From: a virus
Length of the DNA stretch: 64,000 bases
Virus record (IMG/VR): IMGVR_UViG_3300032805_000003
Location: 24,939-88,938 of that record
Direction: 5' to 3' (one strand)
This document shows, piece by piece, positions 8,753 to 17,982 of this stretch. Position 1 is the stretch's first letter. Each line of letters starts with the position of its first letter. Position numbers and translations under genes: made by a program. A model generated the notes under the pieces. It worked only from the letters and a program-made list of their open reading frames with translations. It was not told the DNA's origin and ran no database searches.

Positions 8753-9309
8753 GCGACCTCAGCCCCTTCAGGCGGGCTGAACGTGTACCGGCCGTCAGCC
8801 GTCAGCCATCGCCCGGGCCGGCCGGTGCCATAAGGCTTGACCGCGACCAGCAATGGTTTCTGGCCGGAGTCGAGCAAGAACCCCCGGTCTTTCATCCGTT
8901 TCTCTTCGCGGGTGGCCGCGCCATGGCAGCCGGTGTACGGGTCGCCGCACAACAGGGCCGCGTTCTGGATCGTGTTCCGGGTGCGAGATCCGCCCATTCC
9001 CCGGTTGCACCGGTGATGAACCTGCCCGCCGTACAGGCCGAGCCAGCGGCCGCAGCATTCACAGCGGGCCTCAAGCGGGTCACCGTCGCCGGCGCGGGTC
9101 CGGACCGCCAGCCGGATCTCCGGGGTGAACCCGGTTTCCCGGCGCCGGGGACGTCGCTGGCCGGCCGGGACGGTGACCTTAGCGGGAACCAGCGGTGACC
9201 CGAACCCGCGCCATGGCGGTGCTGTCCCGCGCGCGAGCCCGGTCTTCCTGGCCGGGCCTTCGCCGCGGGGCATCGGCTTGGTGCGCTGCGGCAGGCCGGA
9301 GCGTTTCAC
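8749..9309 (-). CDS. HNH endonuclease
   Basis: CECCG...QVHHRCNRGMGG...NAALLCG...GCH. Confidence 0.8.
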   Translation of the reverse strand: MKRSGLPQRTKPMPRGEGPARKTGLARGTAPPWRGFGSPLVPAKVTVPAGQRRPRRRETGFTPEIRLAVRTRAGDGDPLEARCECCGRWLGLYGGQVHHRCNRGMGGSRTRNTIQNAALLCGDPYTGCHGAATREEKRMKDRGFLLDSGQKPLLVAVKPYGTGRPGRWLTADGRYTFSPPEGAEVA

Positions 9310-9968
9310 CGGCCGGCCCCGTACGGCTTGATCAGATCCCAGATGTCGCGGACCTGGCGGGCGTCGGACAGGGCTTCATGGATCTGGTAGGCGCTCAAGT
9401 CCAGCCCGAGCGCGGTCGTGATCTCGCTCAGGCTGGTCGACTCGGGCAACGGCGGCCCGGTCTTGAGCAGGCCGAGGCCGTGCGGGTCGTCCCACGGGAC
9501 AGTGTCCGGCAGCTGGCCGGCCAGGTGCCGCTGGCCGGCCAGCCATCCCAGGTACAGGCTGCCGATGTCAACCAGCCGGTAATCCCACGCCGGTGCCTGA
9601 CCGTTGGCTCGCAGGAATTTGTCCAGGAACCCGGCGTCGAACGCCGGATTCTTGGCGACGAACGCCGCGTCCGCGGTCAGCGCAGCGAACGTCCGGGCTG
9701 TTTCGCGCGGGTCAGCCCACGTACAGCCTTTGGTGCGCTGGTAGTACCGGCCGATCCGCAGCGCGGTCGTCTGCGCGTGCTCCATCGACGGAGGTTCGAC
9801 CAGCCACCAGTATTCGCCGTCCAGGTAGGCACGGGCTTCTGGACAGTCCGGGCGGATAGTCGCCCACGGTTCGCGGACGATCAGGCCGATCTCCCACAGA
9901 TGCCCGGTCAACGGCGAGTCCGTAGTGGTCTCGACGTCGACGAAGCACACTCGCTCGGGCAGTTTCAT
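9306..9968 (-). CDS. DnaQ-like (DEDDh) 3'-5' exonuclease
   Basis: FVDVETT, NPAFDAGFL, HEALSDAR. Confidence 0.85.
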   Translation of the reverse strand: MKLPERVCFVDVETTTDSPLTGHLWEIGLIVREPWATIRPDCPEARAYLDGEYWWLVEPPSMEHAQTTALRIGRYYQRTKGCTWADPRETARTFAALTADAAFVAKNPAFDAGFLDKFLRANGQAPAWDYRLVDIGSLYLGWLAGQRHLAGQLPDTVPWDDPHGLGLLKTGPPLPESTSLSEITTALGLDLSAYQIHEALSDARQVRDIWDLIKPYGAGR

Positions 9969-11659
9969 GCGCTCATCACCGCCAGCTCGTTCACCAGGTC
10001 AGCCAGCTGACGGCCATGGCCGGCGGCGGCAAGGTCGAACAACGCGCCCTGCGGCCCGGCCTCAGCGACGGTCTCTGTGGCGGGCCCGGGCACCGGGGCG
10101 GTCTCGGGCTCGGGATCCGGGTCGTCGTCCGGGTCGTCGTCCGGGTCGCCGGCGAGAGCGTCCAGGAACCGGGCGACCCACGCCAGCCCGGCCGGGTCCA
10201 GGACGTACTGGGCGCGGGTGACCGCGACGTAGGCGAGCATCGCGTCAGTGCGCGGGATCTTCGGCTCGCTGCCGTCGCGGGACTTCGGCTCGCGGAAGTC
10301 GTCAGCGATGACGACGTTCCGCCATTCCCGGCCCTTGGCCTTGTGGGCGGTCGAGACGATGACGTCTGCTTTGCGCTCGTCGCTGGTGACCCGGTTCAGG
10401 ATCGCCAGCAGCCCGTCCGTGCCGTGCGAGTCGACCAGGTCAGCGAACACCTTCAGGTCCTGGCCTTCGGGGTCGTTCTCGACGTAGTCCTGGAACTGGC
10501 CCCAGGTCGTGAACCCCATCAGTTCCGGGTGTTCTACCGGCCGGCCCGCCTTCAGGTCCTCGGCGGCGCGGGTGAGGGCGATCAGTTCGCCGACACCGCC
10601 GGCCATCGCGACTTTCAGGCCCTTGTCCAGCAGGCCGATCGCCTGCTTGATCACTTCCGCGTTGGTCCGGCACAAGATCGCGTCCGGCTGGCCGAGGGCG
10701 ACTTCACCGACCCGGTCCTGGATCTTGTCCCAGCCGCGGAGCGGCTTGGTGACGCCCAGGATCGTCAGCCACTGGTTGCCGACTTCGGCGATCGCCGGCC
10801 CGAACCGGAACGACTGGGTCAGCGACAAGACGGTGACCCCGGACTGCTGGCTGAAGTCGCGCATCGCGTCGGTCGCGCCGCGCCAGCCGTAGATCGCCTG
10901 GTTCTGGTCACCGACCATGATCAGCTGGGTGCCGTACCGGGCCTGCTCGCACACCATCGCGGCGACGCAAGGGTTCGAGTCCTGCGCCTCGTCCAGCATG
11001 ATCACGTCGCCGGGCAGGTGCGGGTGGGTCAGCGCGTACGCCTTCAGGTAGTGATCATGGGTGACCGGGAACCGGCCGTGCGGGTGATGCGGGCTCCCGC
11101 TGCCCAAGATCGCTTCAGGCTGGGTGATGTCGTTGTCCCACGCCTTCTGGGCGATCGGCGGGACGATCTTCCGCAGCGCGGCGATCTCGGCCGGGTCCGA
11201 CAGGGACTTGATGTCGGACGGGACATGCCAGCCGGTGATCTTCTCGTCAGCCGAGTAGCAGAACTTGGCGATCGTCTGCCGGACCACCGAGGCCAGCTGG
11301 CCGGGGGCCAGGACCCGGTCGGCGGTCAGGCGGGCCGGGCCGAGGATCCCCAGCACTCTCGCCAGCTGGAGGCCGGTCATCCGGCCGCCGCCGATCCGCT
11401 TGGCCATGTCGATCATCGGCCGGTACGCCAGCCCGTGGCTGGTGACGCACCTGGCGTTGACCGGGAACGACCGGGCGGCGTCGTCTTTCGCGGACCGGTT
11501 GTAGGCGATGTACAGCACCTTGATGCGCGGGTTGGCGCTGGCCAGCAGCCTGAGTGTCGACGTCTTGCCGGTGCCGGCGTACGCGCCGATCACCAGGTTC
11601 TTGCGCGCCAGGTAGGCGTCGATGATCGCCTGCTGTTCCGGGGTGGGGGTGAAGGTCAC
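9965..11659 (-). CDS. UvrD/Rep-like superfamily 1 helicase
   Basis: AYAGTGKT, LDEAQD, VGDQNQAIYGWRGA, LTQSFRFG, STAHKAKGREW, YVAVTRA. Confidence 0.93.
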   Translation of the reverse strand: MTFTPTPEQQAIIDAYLARKNLVIGAYAGTGKTSTLRLLASANPRIKVLYIAYNRSAKDDAARSFPVNARCVTSHGLAYRPMIDMAKRIGGGRMTGLQLARVLGILGPARLTADRVLAPGQLASVVRQTIAKFCYSADEKITGWHVPSDIKSLSDPAEIAALRKIVPPIAQKAWDNDITQPEAILGSGSPHHPHGRFPVTHDHYLKAYALTHPHLPGDVIMLDEAQDSNPCVAAMVCEQARYGTQLIMVGDQNQAIYGWRGATDAMRDFSQQSGVTVLSLTQSFRFGPAIAEVGNQWLTILGVTKPLRGWDKIQDRVGEVALGQPDAILCRTNAEVIKQAIGLLDKGLKVAMAGGVGELIALTRAAEDLKAGRPVEHPELMGFTTWGQFQDYVENDPEGQDLKVFADLVDSHGTDGLLAILNRVTSDERKADVIVSTAHKAKGREWRNVVIADDFREPKSRDGSEPKIPRTDAMLAYVAVTRAQYVLDPAGLAWVARFLDALAGDPDDDPDDDPDPEPETAPVPGPATETVAEAGPQGALFDLAAAGHGRQLADLVNELAVMSA

Positions 11660-11671
11660 GGGTATCGTCTC

Positions 11672-11730
11672 CCTGTAGGTTTATCTAGGTTATGTAGTCA
11701 AACCTACAGTCGGTCACGAAACCTCGTCAA
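11672..11730 (-). promoter_or_regulatory. Leftward sigma70-type promoter with GTAG-N6-CTAC palindrome, upstream of helicase
   Basis: Minus strand TTGACG-N18-TAGGTT-tgactac; CTGTAGGTTT/AAACCTACAG inverted repeat. Confidence 0.7.
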
Positions 11731-12432
11731 CAGGTTTCGCTGATGTTTCCGCGTCGTCGTGCGGCGCGTCGTCGTGATCGGGGTCCGGCGATGTTCCGTC
11801 GTCGTCGGTGAACCGGTCCGGCGGAACCGATCCCAGGTCCGCGTGCGGGTCGACGAGCTCGCCGTCCTCCGTCAGTTCGCCGCGCCGGATCGCCTCATCC
11901 AGCGACAGCCACGCCTTCGGCCCGGGCCGGTACGAAAACCGGCCAGACGGCTCGTAGCGGGTCACCACAGCGACTTGCTCGCGTTCCCCGCTGCGCCGGC
12001 TGGCGACCTTCCCGTCGTTCTCCTCCAGCTCGGCCTGATACTGGGCCCGCACACCGGGCTTGATCCGGGTGCCGACCAGATGCGGGAACCGGGCCGCGAG
12101 TCCCGGTCAGCACCGGGCAGCAGATAGTCCTCCAGGTCGCCGGAATCGTTCCCGGCGGCGATCGCCAGAAGCGAGTCCTCGTCGACCGTGAACGTCGTCG
12201 TGCCCTTGTGAATCGAGATCGTCCCGATCTCAGTCCCGTCCGGCAAGATGACAGCCAGAGTCTTGTCCGCCTTCCGCCGCGCCGCGGCGAACACGATCTG
12301 CGCAGCCGCGCGAGCGCCTTCTTTCGCCCGTTCTGCCTGATCGGCCTGCCCGGTCTTGATCGCGACCCGCAGCGCGTGCCGCTGCAACACTGCCGGAGTC
12401 GGCGGCGTGACAGTCTCGTCCTGGCCGCTCAT
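11714..12432 (-). pseudogene. Frameshifted hypothetical gene downstream of ERF
   Basis: Protein-like sequence runs to ...LLPGADRD then continues in another frame as LAARFPHLVGTRIKPGVRAQY... near 12100. Confidence 0.55.
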
Positions 12433-13520
12433 GACTGCTGCGCCTTCGCCTGCTTGGCGGCGGCCGCCAGCTGTTCCCGCCGCTTGGCGATGTCACCGAA
12501 CAGCGCGTTGGCGGTCTGCGGGGTGATGTCTTTGCTGGCGATCGCCTGACCGATCTCGCGCTGTAGCTTCCGGACCGCGGCCTCGTCCGGGGCGTCCCAC
12601 AGCTTCGCGGTGAACTCCTTCAGCCATTCCGGGTTCTCGCCCGGGCCGGCCACCGGTTCCGCAGGCTGGCTGTCGCTGGCCGGCCCGGGCATCTGGGGCT
12701 CGGCGCCGGGGTCGCCGGTTTCAGCCTGCGCAGTCTGCGCTTGCGCCTTCAGGCTGTTCACCCGCGCTGTGATCGCGTTCGACAGCACGTCAGCCCGCGC
12801 CTCGTCGATCTGGCCGTCTTTCAGCTGCTGGCCGATCTCCCGCCAGACTGCGGTAGCGTCGTCACGGCCGGTGATCTCGTCGATCTTCGGCCTCCACGGG
12901 TCTTCCGGATCCAGCGGCCTGTGCTGCGGCGCGGGCCGTTCAGCTTGCGATGACTGCTGCTGGCGACGCGGCCGGTTCCCCGGCGCCGGGGCCGCTTGAT
13001 CGAACGACTCGCCGCGGCGGGACTGGCGGCGCGAAGAATGGTCCTGGCGCTCGGTCCCGGCACCGTCCAGGTCCTCTTCGGCGACGATCCCGGTGACCGC
13101 GCAGAAGCAGTACCGCTTGGCGTAGGTGATCGCCCCGCCCAGCTTCTGCAGATCACCGCCCGACAGGGGGAAGAAGCCGCGTTCGCTTTCGCCGGACGGG
13201 CCGTGCTTGAGCTTGTACCGGAGACCGAACTGGCCTTTGCGCATCGTCGGCTTGGCGATGTACGCCAGCCCGTGCCGGCCCAGCAGCGGAAGCCCGGCGC
13301 GGTGGACGGCGGCCAGGTCGGCGTAGCTGTAGCTGAAGCCTTGCTTGCCGTCTTTGCCGGGGATCGTCGCGTCTTTGTTCTTGTGGACTTCCGGCAGTTC
13401 CATCTGGAACGCCGCGAGGGCGTCGGCCAGGGTGTCGTGCTTGACGGCGGTCATCGCTGGCCGCGCCGGCGATGATTGCTCGGCGGCGGCGGTCTTGCTG
13501 CCGTTGGTGGTGGTGCTCAT
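12429..13520 (-). CDS. ERF-family single-strand annealing recombinase
   Basis: ALAAFQ, YSYADL, GRHGL, QKLGGAITYAKRY, GIVAEEDLDG. Confidence 0.88.
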   Translation of the reverse strand: MSTTTNGSKTAAAEQSSPARPAMTAVKHDTLADALAAFQMELPEVHKNKDATIPGKDGKQGFSYSYADLAAVHRAGLPLLGRHGLAYIAKPTMRKGQFGLRYKLKHGPSGESERGFFPLSGGDLQKLGGAITYAKRYCFCAVTGIVAEEDLDGAGTERQDHSSRRQSRRGESFDQAAPAPGNRPRRQQQSSQAERPAPQHRPLDPEDPWRPKIDEITGRDDATAVWREIGQQLKDGQIDEARADVLSNAITARVNSLKAQAQTAQAETGDPGAEPQMPGPASDSQPAEPVAGPGENPEWLKEFTAKLWDAPDEAAVRKLQREIGQAIASKDITPQTANALFGDIAKRREQLAAAAKQAKAQQS

Positions 13521-13578
13521 GGTGAGCGCGCTCCCTTCCTGTAATCTGTGCCGGACGAGAAGTTGCGCTCCCGTCCGG

Positions 13579-13611
13579 CGTCCCCGGCCGACCTGACCCC
13601 GGCCGGGGACG
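13579..13611. terminator. 12-bp GC stem-loop downstream of cro-like gene
   Basis: CGTCCCCGGCCG-N9-CGGCCGGGGACG. Confidence 0.55.
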
Positions 13612-13616
13612 TTGTG

Positions 13617-13865
13617 TTATCCGGTGCTGGTTTCCAGCAGGTCGTCGGTCTGGACGTCAAGCGCTTGCGCTAGCGCCAGCAAGCTGGCGGGCGCTGGCCG
13701 GATCCGGCCGCGTTCATAGCGGGAAATCTGGCCAGCTGTGACTGGCCGGCCGTCCTCGGCTTCAGCGCACAAGGCCGACAACTGCCGCAGCGTGAGACCG
13801 CGGCGAAGCCGGGCAGCCTTGATCGCCCGGCCGCTGACCTTTAGTTGATCTTGAGTTGCGGGCAC
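13617..13865 (-). CDS. Cro-like XRE HTH protein
   Basis: IKAARLRRGLTLRQLS...ISRYERG...LAQALDV; divergent from repressor. Confidence 0.85.
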   Translation of the reverse strand: MPATQDQLKVSGRAIKAARLRRGLTLRQLSALCAEAEDGRPVTAGQISRYERGRIRPAPASLLALAQALDVQTDDLLETSTG

Positions 13866-14012
13866 GACAGCAAACTACCGCTGGATAGCACAGAAAGCAA
13901 CAGATTAAAACAGCTATCAGATAGCGTTCGTTGCTTTTTGTTGCTGGCCTGCGCTGAATGCGGCTATCCTGCGTCCGGAACGGGGTTCAGCAGACGGCAA
14001 AGGGCAGGGAAC
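13866..14012. promoter_or_regulatory. Divergent lysis/lysogeny promoter-operator region
   Basis: Minus strand TTGCTT-N17-TAGTTT-N6-GTG (leaderless cro); plus strand TTGCTG-N18-TATCCT (13941-13970); AGCAAC/GTTGCT inverted repeats and GCTATCAGATAGC palindrome. Confidence 0.7.
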
Positions 14013-14450
14013 ATGCCAGAGCAGACCCGGCAACGGGCCAGGCTCAATGCGCTGATGGAAGACCGGCGCCTTGAGTTGCGCATGCGCTGGCGCGACGTCG
14101 CCACCAGCGCAGGCATCACCTACGAAACTCTCCGGGCTGTGCGCCGCGGCGGCCAGGAGATCCGGGACCTGACCAAGCGAGCCATCGAAGACGGCTTGCT
14201 GTGGGAACGCGGCTCAGTCGACACCATCCTCAAGGGCGGCGACCCGGTTCCGCTCGCCCCCAGCGCCGTGTCCCGCAGCCAGCGTTACGATGACCCGCGC
14301 CTGCAAGAAGTCTCGGATGCTGTCGCTGACATGGATCTTGACCCGGAGCTCAAAGCCGGCATGGTCGCGTTCGCGATCGGCTTTTTCCGCCAGCAAGACA
14401 CAGCCGCCAGCGCGGACGGCCGCCGGACTCGCGCTGGCCGGCCTGCCTGA
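14013..14450 (+). CDS. Immunity repressor (XRE HTH)
   Basis: RRLELRMRW.DVA..AGI.YETLRAVRRG...IE..L.W..GS typical of actinophage repressors. Confidence 0.8.
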   Translation: MPEQTRQRARLNALMEDRRLELRMRWRDVATSAGITYETLRAVRRGGQEIRDLTKRAIEDGLLWERGSVDTILKGGDPVPLAPSAVSRSQRYDDPRLQEVSDAVADMDLDPELKAGMVAFAIGFFRQQDTAASADGRRTRAGRPA

Positions 14451-14493
14451 AAATCATGTCGCAGCGCGTAACCCGCTGTAGCATCCCGGTGCT

Positions 14494-14796
14494 GTGACCG
14501 GAACACCCGACGACTTGCCAGCCCGGGTCACCCAGCTGGAAAACCGCATGGCGATGATCGAACGGTTCTTCCGCAGCATCGCCAGCGACGACGGCCCGAA
14601 CGGCTGCCAGGTGATCAGAATCATCCTCGACGGCCAGCCGGTGACGGTGTCTGTCCCGGCTGGTGAACCAGTCGACCTGGACGCGATCTGCCTGGCTGTC
14701 CAGCAGCAACGGCAGTCAAGGCAGCCCGCTGTGTCGCCCGCCGACGAAAGGTACGCCGGCCTTCACCCGGTCAGCCCGCCGCCGGATATCGCCTGA
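14494..14796 (+). CDS. Hypothetical protein
   Basis: ORF downstream of repressor. Confidence 0.5.
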   Translation: MTGTPDDLPARVTQLENRMAMIERFFRSIASDDGPNGCQVIRIILDGQPVTVSVPAGEPVDLDAICLAVQQQRQSRQPAVSPADERYAGLHPVSPPPDIA

Positions 14797-14800
14797 GAAC

Positions 14801-15538
14801 TCAGGCGTTCATGTCCATGTCGTACAGAACCAGCAGCCCCGGACCCTGGAAACGTTCGACAGCGCCGTTGTCGAATTGCACTATCCACCGGCCGTCGTCG
14901 CCCCGGCCGGTGACCCGGCCTTGCCCGTAGTTCTCGGCGAACACCCGGGCTCCTTCCTCGAGCACCGGCTTCTCCCGGGTCATCCATACCGGCACCGGCG
15001 CCGAGAACATCTCCCGCGCCTCCGGATCCGGCCCGGCCGGGAGCCGGAACAGCGCGCCGGATCGTTTCCCGGGGACTTCAGCGACCCGGACGAGCTCGGC
15101 GCCCTGGCGCTGGTACCAGGCCCGCAGCGGGGCGGCGTCATCCAGCCGGTACACATCCAGCCGCAGCCAGGGAATCCCGGCCTGGTGCGCCTGGTCTGCC
15201 GCCCACCGCAGCATCGGCCCGCCGAGTCCCCGGCCCCAGGCCAGGGATGTCGCCATCTTGGAGACGTACATCGCCGGCTCGGCCAGCTCTTCGCGGGTCC
15301 AGAAGCCCGGGTCGCCCTGCGGCGACAAGGTGATCGTCCCGGCGATCCGGTTGTCGTCTTCGCGCATCGTCAGCCAGGTCCAGCCCTGTGCGACGATCGA
15401 CGCGACCCGGGCGTGCGAAACCAGGTCACCGTCCCACTGGCTGGATCCGCGTTCCCGCAGCCAGCTGGCGCGTTCTCGCAACAGCCGCTGGACGTCGAAC
15501 CGGCGCCCGGAAGTAGCCGGGTACATGACATATCTCAT
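14801..15538 (-). CDS. GNAT family N-acetyltransferase
   Basis: WL..RG..QW, YVSKMAT...GRGLG..ML.WA, LRLD......L..WY..QG. Confidence 0.85.
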   Translation of the reverse strand: MRYVMYPATSGRRFDVQRLLRERASWLRERGSSQWDGDLVSHARVASIVAQGWTWLTMREDDNRIAGTITLSPQGDPGFWTREELAEPAMYVSKMATSLAWGRGLGGPMLRWAADQAHQAGIPWLRLDVYRLDDAAPLRAWYQRQGAELVRVAEVPGKRSGALFRLPAGPDPEAREMFSAPVPVWMTREKPVLEEGARVFAENYGQGRVTGRGDDGRWIVQFDNGAVERFQGPGLLVLYDMDMNA

Positions 15539-16302
15539 CCTGGTAGCTCCGCAATCAGCCGGGCCCGGTCAGCAGGCCAGATCGTTACCGTCAGCTTGAG
15601 CGGCCGCCCGTCGCCGGTCCGGCCGGTGGTGTACTGGACGATCACCGGAACGCCTTGCGGGATCCGCAGCTGCTCGGCTTCGCCGCGGGTCGGCATCCGT
15701 GCCTCGAATTCGTAAACGAAGACGTCTTGCTCCAGCCCGTGCTCGCGCATCAGCAAGATCACGCCCTGGGGCACGTCAGCCGGGTGCATGATCTGCGGGA
15801 TCTGGCCGGCGACGTCCATCGGGTAGAACGTATCCGACAGGTTGTGCGGGTCGCCGTCTACAGTCCGCAGATGATGCCGGACCAGCACCGCGTCGCCTTG
15901 CTTGATCCCGAGCCGGCGGGCGACTTCCGCGTCAGCGTCGTCGATCCGGACCATGATCGCCTGCTGGCCTGGTTCGCGGCCCAGGTCCCGGACGTCTGTC
16001 ATCCAGGCGTCCCGGCCTGCGCTGCGGCGCTGGTCCGCGCGGGCTCGCGTTTCGGACTGGGCGAACGGGACCGTCAGCGGTTCGTGTTTCCGGACGCGCC
16101 GTGGCCGGCCTTGCCCGGGTGTGGTGATCAGCCCGTCGTGTTCCAGGTCGCCGAGCGCTTTCCGGATAGTGTCCCGCGAGTACCCGTACCGGCTCATCAG
16201 ATCCTGCTCGGACGGGAACGAGTCATCGGGGGCCAGGTCGCCAGCGTCGATGCGGTCACGCAGGTCGTCGTAGACCTCACGGCGCTTGGACCGTTCGGTC
16301 AC
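15535..16302 (-). CDS. GntR/HutC-family regulator with UTRA domain (KorSA-like)
   Basis: DLRDRIDAG.L.P...FPSE.DL...YG.SRDTIRKAL wHTH plus UTRA (ARMPT..EA..L); divergent from tra operon. Confidence 0.9.
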   Translation of the reverse strand: MTERSKRREVYDDLRDRIDAGDLAPDDSFPSEQDLMSRYGYSRDTIRKALGDLEHDGLITTPGQGRPRRVRKHEPLTVPFAQSETRARADQRRSAGRDAWMTDVRDLGREPGQQAIMVRIDDADAEVARRLGIKQGDAVLVRHHLRTVDGDPHNLSDTFYPMDVAGQIPQIMHPADVPQGVILLMREHGLEQDVFVYEFEARMPTRGEAEQLRIPQGVPVIVQYTTGRTGDGRPLKLTVTIWPADRARLIAELPG

Positions 16303-16333
16303 GCCGGCACCTCCGCCTCCGGTCACGGGGAAA

Positions 16334-16407
16334 GTCCGTACAAGTATCTTGCCACCTCCGCCGATCGCGGTTACCGTGTACGTACAAGCATGCATGGTAC
16401 GTACAAG
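16334..16407. promoter_or_regulatory. Rightward tra-operon promoter with three GTMCGTACAAG boxes (putative GntR operators)
   Basis: TTGCCA-N17-TACCGT at 16349-16377; boxes at 16334, 16378, 16397; TGTACGTACA is palindromic. Confidence 0.7.
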
Positions 16408-16488
16408 GTGGTCAAGGATGAACGGTCTCCCGCACATCACGATCTTCCACGGCTTCTGGGGCTGGAGCCAGATGCAGGAGACGTCCCG

Positions 16489-17043
16489 GTGACCGCTGCC
16501 GCCGAATGGGCCGTGCCCGCCAGGCCAGCTCTCACCCGTGTCCCTGACTTGCCCGAGCCGGATGTCACCCGGGCGCTGGGCTTGATGCGCGAAGGCGTCC
16601 AGGTCCGCAGCATCGCCGTAGCCCTCGGCCGTACCGCCCAGGAGATCCGCGACGCCGGCATCGCTCACGGCTGGACCTGGTCGCCAGCCGAACGCCGGAT
16701 GATCCGCGAGGGGATGACCTTGCCGCCGCCGCATGAAGGTGCCCGGCCAGCGCGCCACCCCGGGCCGGCCGCCCCGGAAACGCTCGCCAGGATCTTCGGG
16801 ATCTTCTCTGACACTGCCGCCGGAGACCTGGCCTGGATGGACGACGGCTTGTGCGCCGAAACCGACCCGGAAGCGTTCTTCCCCGAGAAAGGCGGGTCGA
16901 CGCGGGAAGCCAAGATGGTCTGCCGGTCGTGCGAGGTCCGAGCCGAATGCCTCGAGTACGCGCTGGAGCGCGACGAGCGGTTCGGGATCTGGGGCGGCCT
17001 GTCCGAACGGGAACGACGCCGGCTCAAGCGCCAGCGAGCCTGA
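16489..17043 (+). CDS. whiB: WhiB-family Fe-S transcription factor (WhiB/WhiB2-like) with N-terminal extension
   Basis: CAETDPEAFFPEKGGSTREAKMVCRSCEVRAECLEYAL..DERFGIWGGLSERERRRL; GGAG RBS before GTG. Confidence 0.9.
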   Translation: MTAAAEWAVPARPALTRVPDLPEPDVTRALGLMREGVQVRSIAVALGRTAQEIRDAGIAHGWTWSPAERRMIREGMTLPPPHEGARPARHPGPAAPETLARIFGIFSDTAAGDLAWMDDGLCAETDPEAFFPEKGGSTREAKMVCRSCEVRAECLEYALERDERFGIWGGLSERERRRLKRQRA

Positions 17044-17057
17044 AAGGGAACCTGACT

Positions 17058-17516
17058 GTGCCAACCAAGATCGTTCACAACCAGCCGGCGCGGGTGACCG
17101 TCGAATACGGCAGCGGGCCCAGCGGCAGCACCGTCGCGCTGGTCGTCTTGCTGGTCGTCGCGATGGCCGCCGCCGGCGGAGCCGCCCGCGCCGGGCATCT
17201 TCTCGACGGCGTGCTGCGCTTCGCCCTGATCGTAACCGCGTGCGTTGCTGTCGCCGGGCTCCTGATCCTGGCTCACCTGCTGCGGCGAGTGTTCTGGAAC
17301 TATCACCGCCAGCGCGAGCAGGAAGCGCTGGCCGCGCAAACTCAGGCCCGCGAGATCGCCGTCCAGACCCGGACCGCGATAAGCCAGCAGGCTGCCGCTG
17401 CTGACGTCCCGGCGATCGCCCCCAGGTTCGACGCCGACACCGCCTACGTCCTGTCCGGCGACGCCGTCCAGACCGTCCGGGTCGAACGCTTCCCGAAAGA
17501 GGAGGACACCCCGTGA
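17058..17516 (+). CDS. Membrane protein, putative Spd/transfer accessory
   Basis: Two hydrophobic helices; in operon with traB. Confidence 0.6.
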   Translation: MPTKIVHNQPARVTVEYGSGPSGSTVALVVLLVVAMAAAGGAARAGHLLDGVLRFALIVTACVAVAGLLILAHLLRRVFWNYHRQREQEALAAQTQAREIAVQTRTAISQQAAAADVPAIAPRFDADTAYVLSGDAVQTVRVERFPKEEDTP

Positions 17517-17968
17517 ACATCCTCGCCGCCCTGGCCGCATCCGCCGCCGGCATCGTCGCTATCGCTGTCGCGATGGTGGTCTCGATGCACTACACCCACC
17601 TGCCGTCCGGGCTGCACCCGTGGATCGCCCGCCTGATCATCGTGATCATGTACTGCGGCGGGTCGGTGATCGTCGCCGCCGGCCTCGGCTCGGTCGTCTC
17701 CGGCCTGATCGCCGACGCCGTCGACCTGATCGGCGGCCAGTACGCCGGACTGATCAACGTCGGCATCATCATCTTCGCGCTGGTCATGCTCGTCGGCCTG
17801 GTCGCCGAACTGATCTGGGCGCCCAGCACAGACGTGGCGATCACCGCCGCGTGCATCCCGCTGCTGCTGTCGCTCGTCGCCGGCGGGTTCATCCATCAGT
17901 TCTACCTGGACACCACCGCACCAGGCCAGCAGATCGCCGCCCAGATCATGGCCTGGGTCGCAGGCTGA
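17513..17968 (+). CDS. Multi-pass membrane protein, putative Spd/transfer accessory
   Basis: About 4 hydrophobic helices; GGAGG RBS. Confidence 0.65.
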   Translation: MNILAALAASAAGIVAIAVAMVVSMHYTHLPSGLHPWIARLIIVIMYCGGSVIVAAGLGSVVSGLIADAVDLIGGQYAGLINVGIIIFALVMLVGLVAELIWAPSTDVAITAACIPLLLSLVAGGFIHQFYLDTTAPGQQIAAQIMAWVAG

Positions 17969-17982
17969 AAGGACCATCACCG

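Noticed and set aside
10016-11743. 575-aa plus-strand ORF and similar long antisense ORFs (e.g. 36837-38381, 19721-21151)
   Set aside because: Shadow frames of high-GC genes with clear motifs on the other strand
14801-15538. GNAT as toxin or as a deazaguanine-modifying enzyme
   Set aside because: Partner is a GntR-UTRA protein rather than an RHH antitoxin, and it is 13 kb from the DpdA-like gene in a different module
15535-17553. 672-aa and 462-aa overlapping ORFs suggesting giant GntR or WhiB fusions
   Set aside because: Upstream extensions are shadow sequence; likely starts are near 16302 and 16489 with a promoter region between
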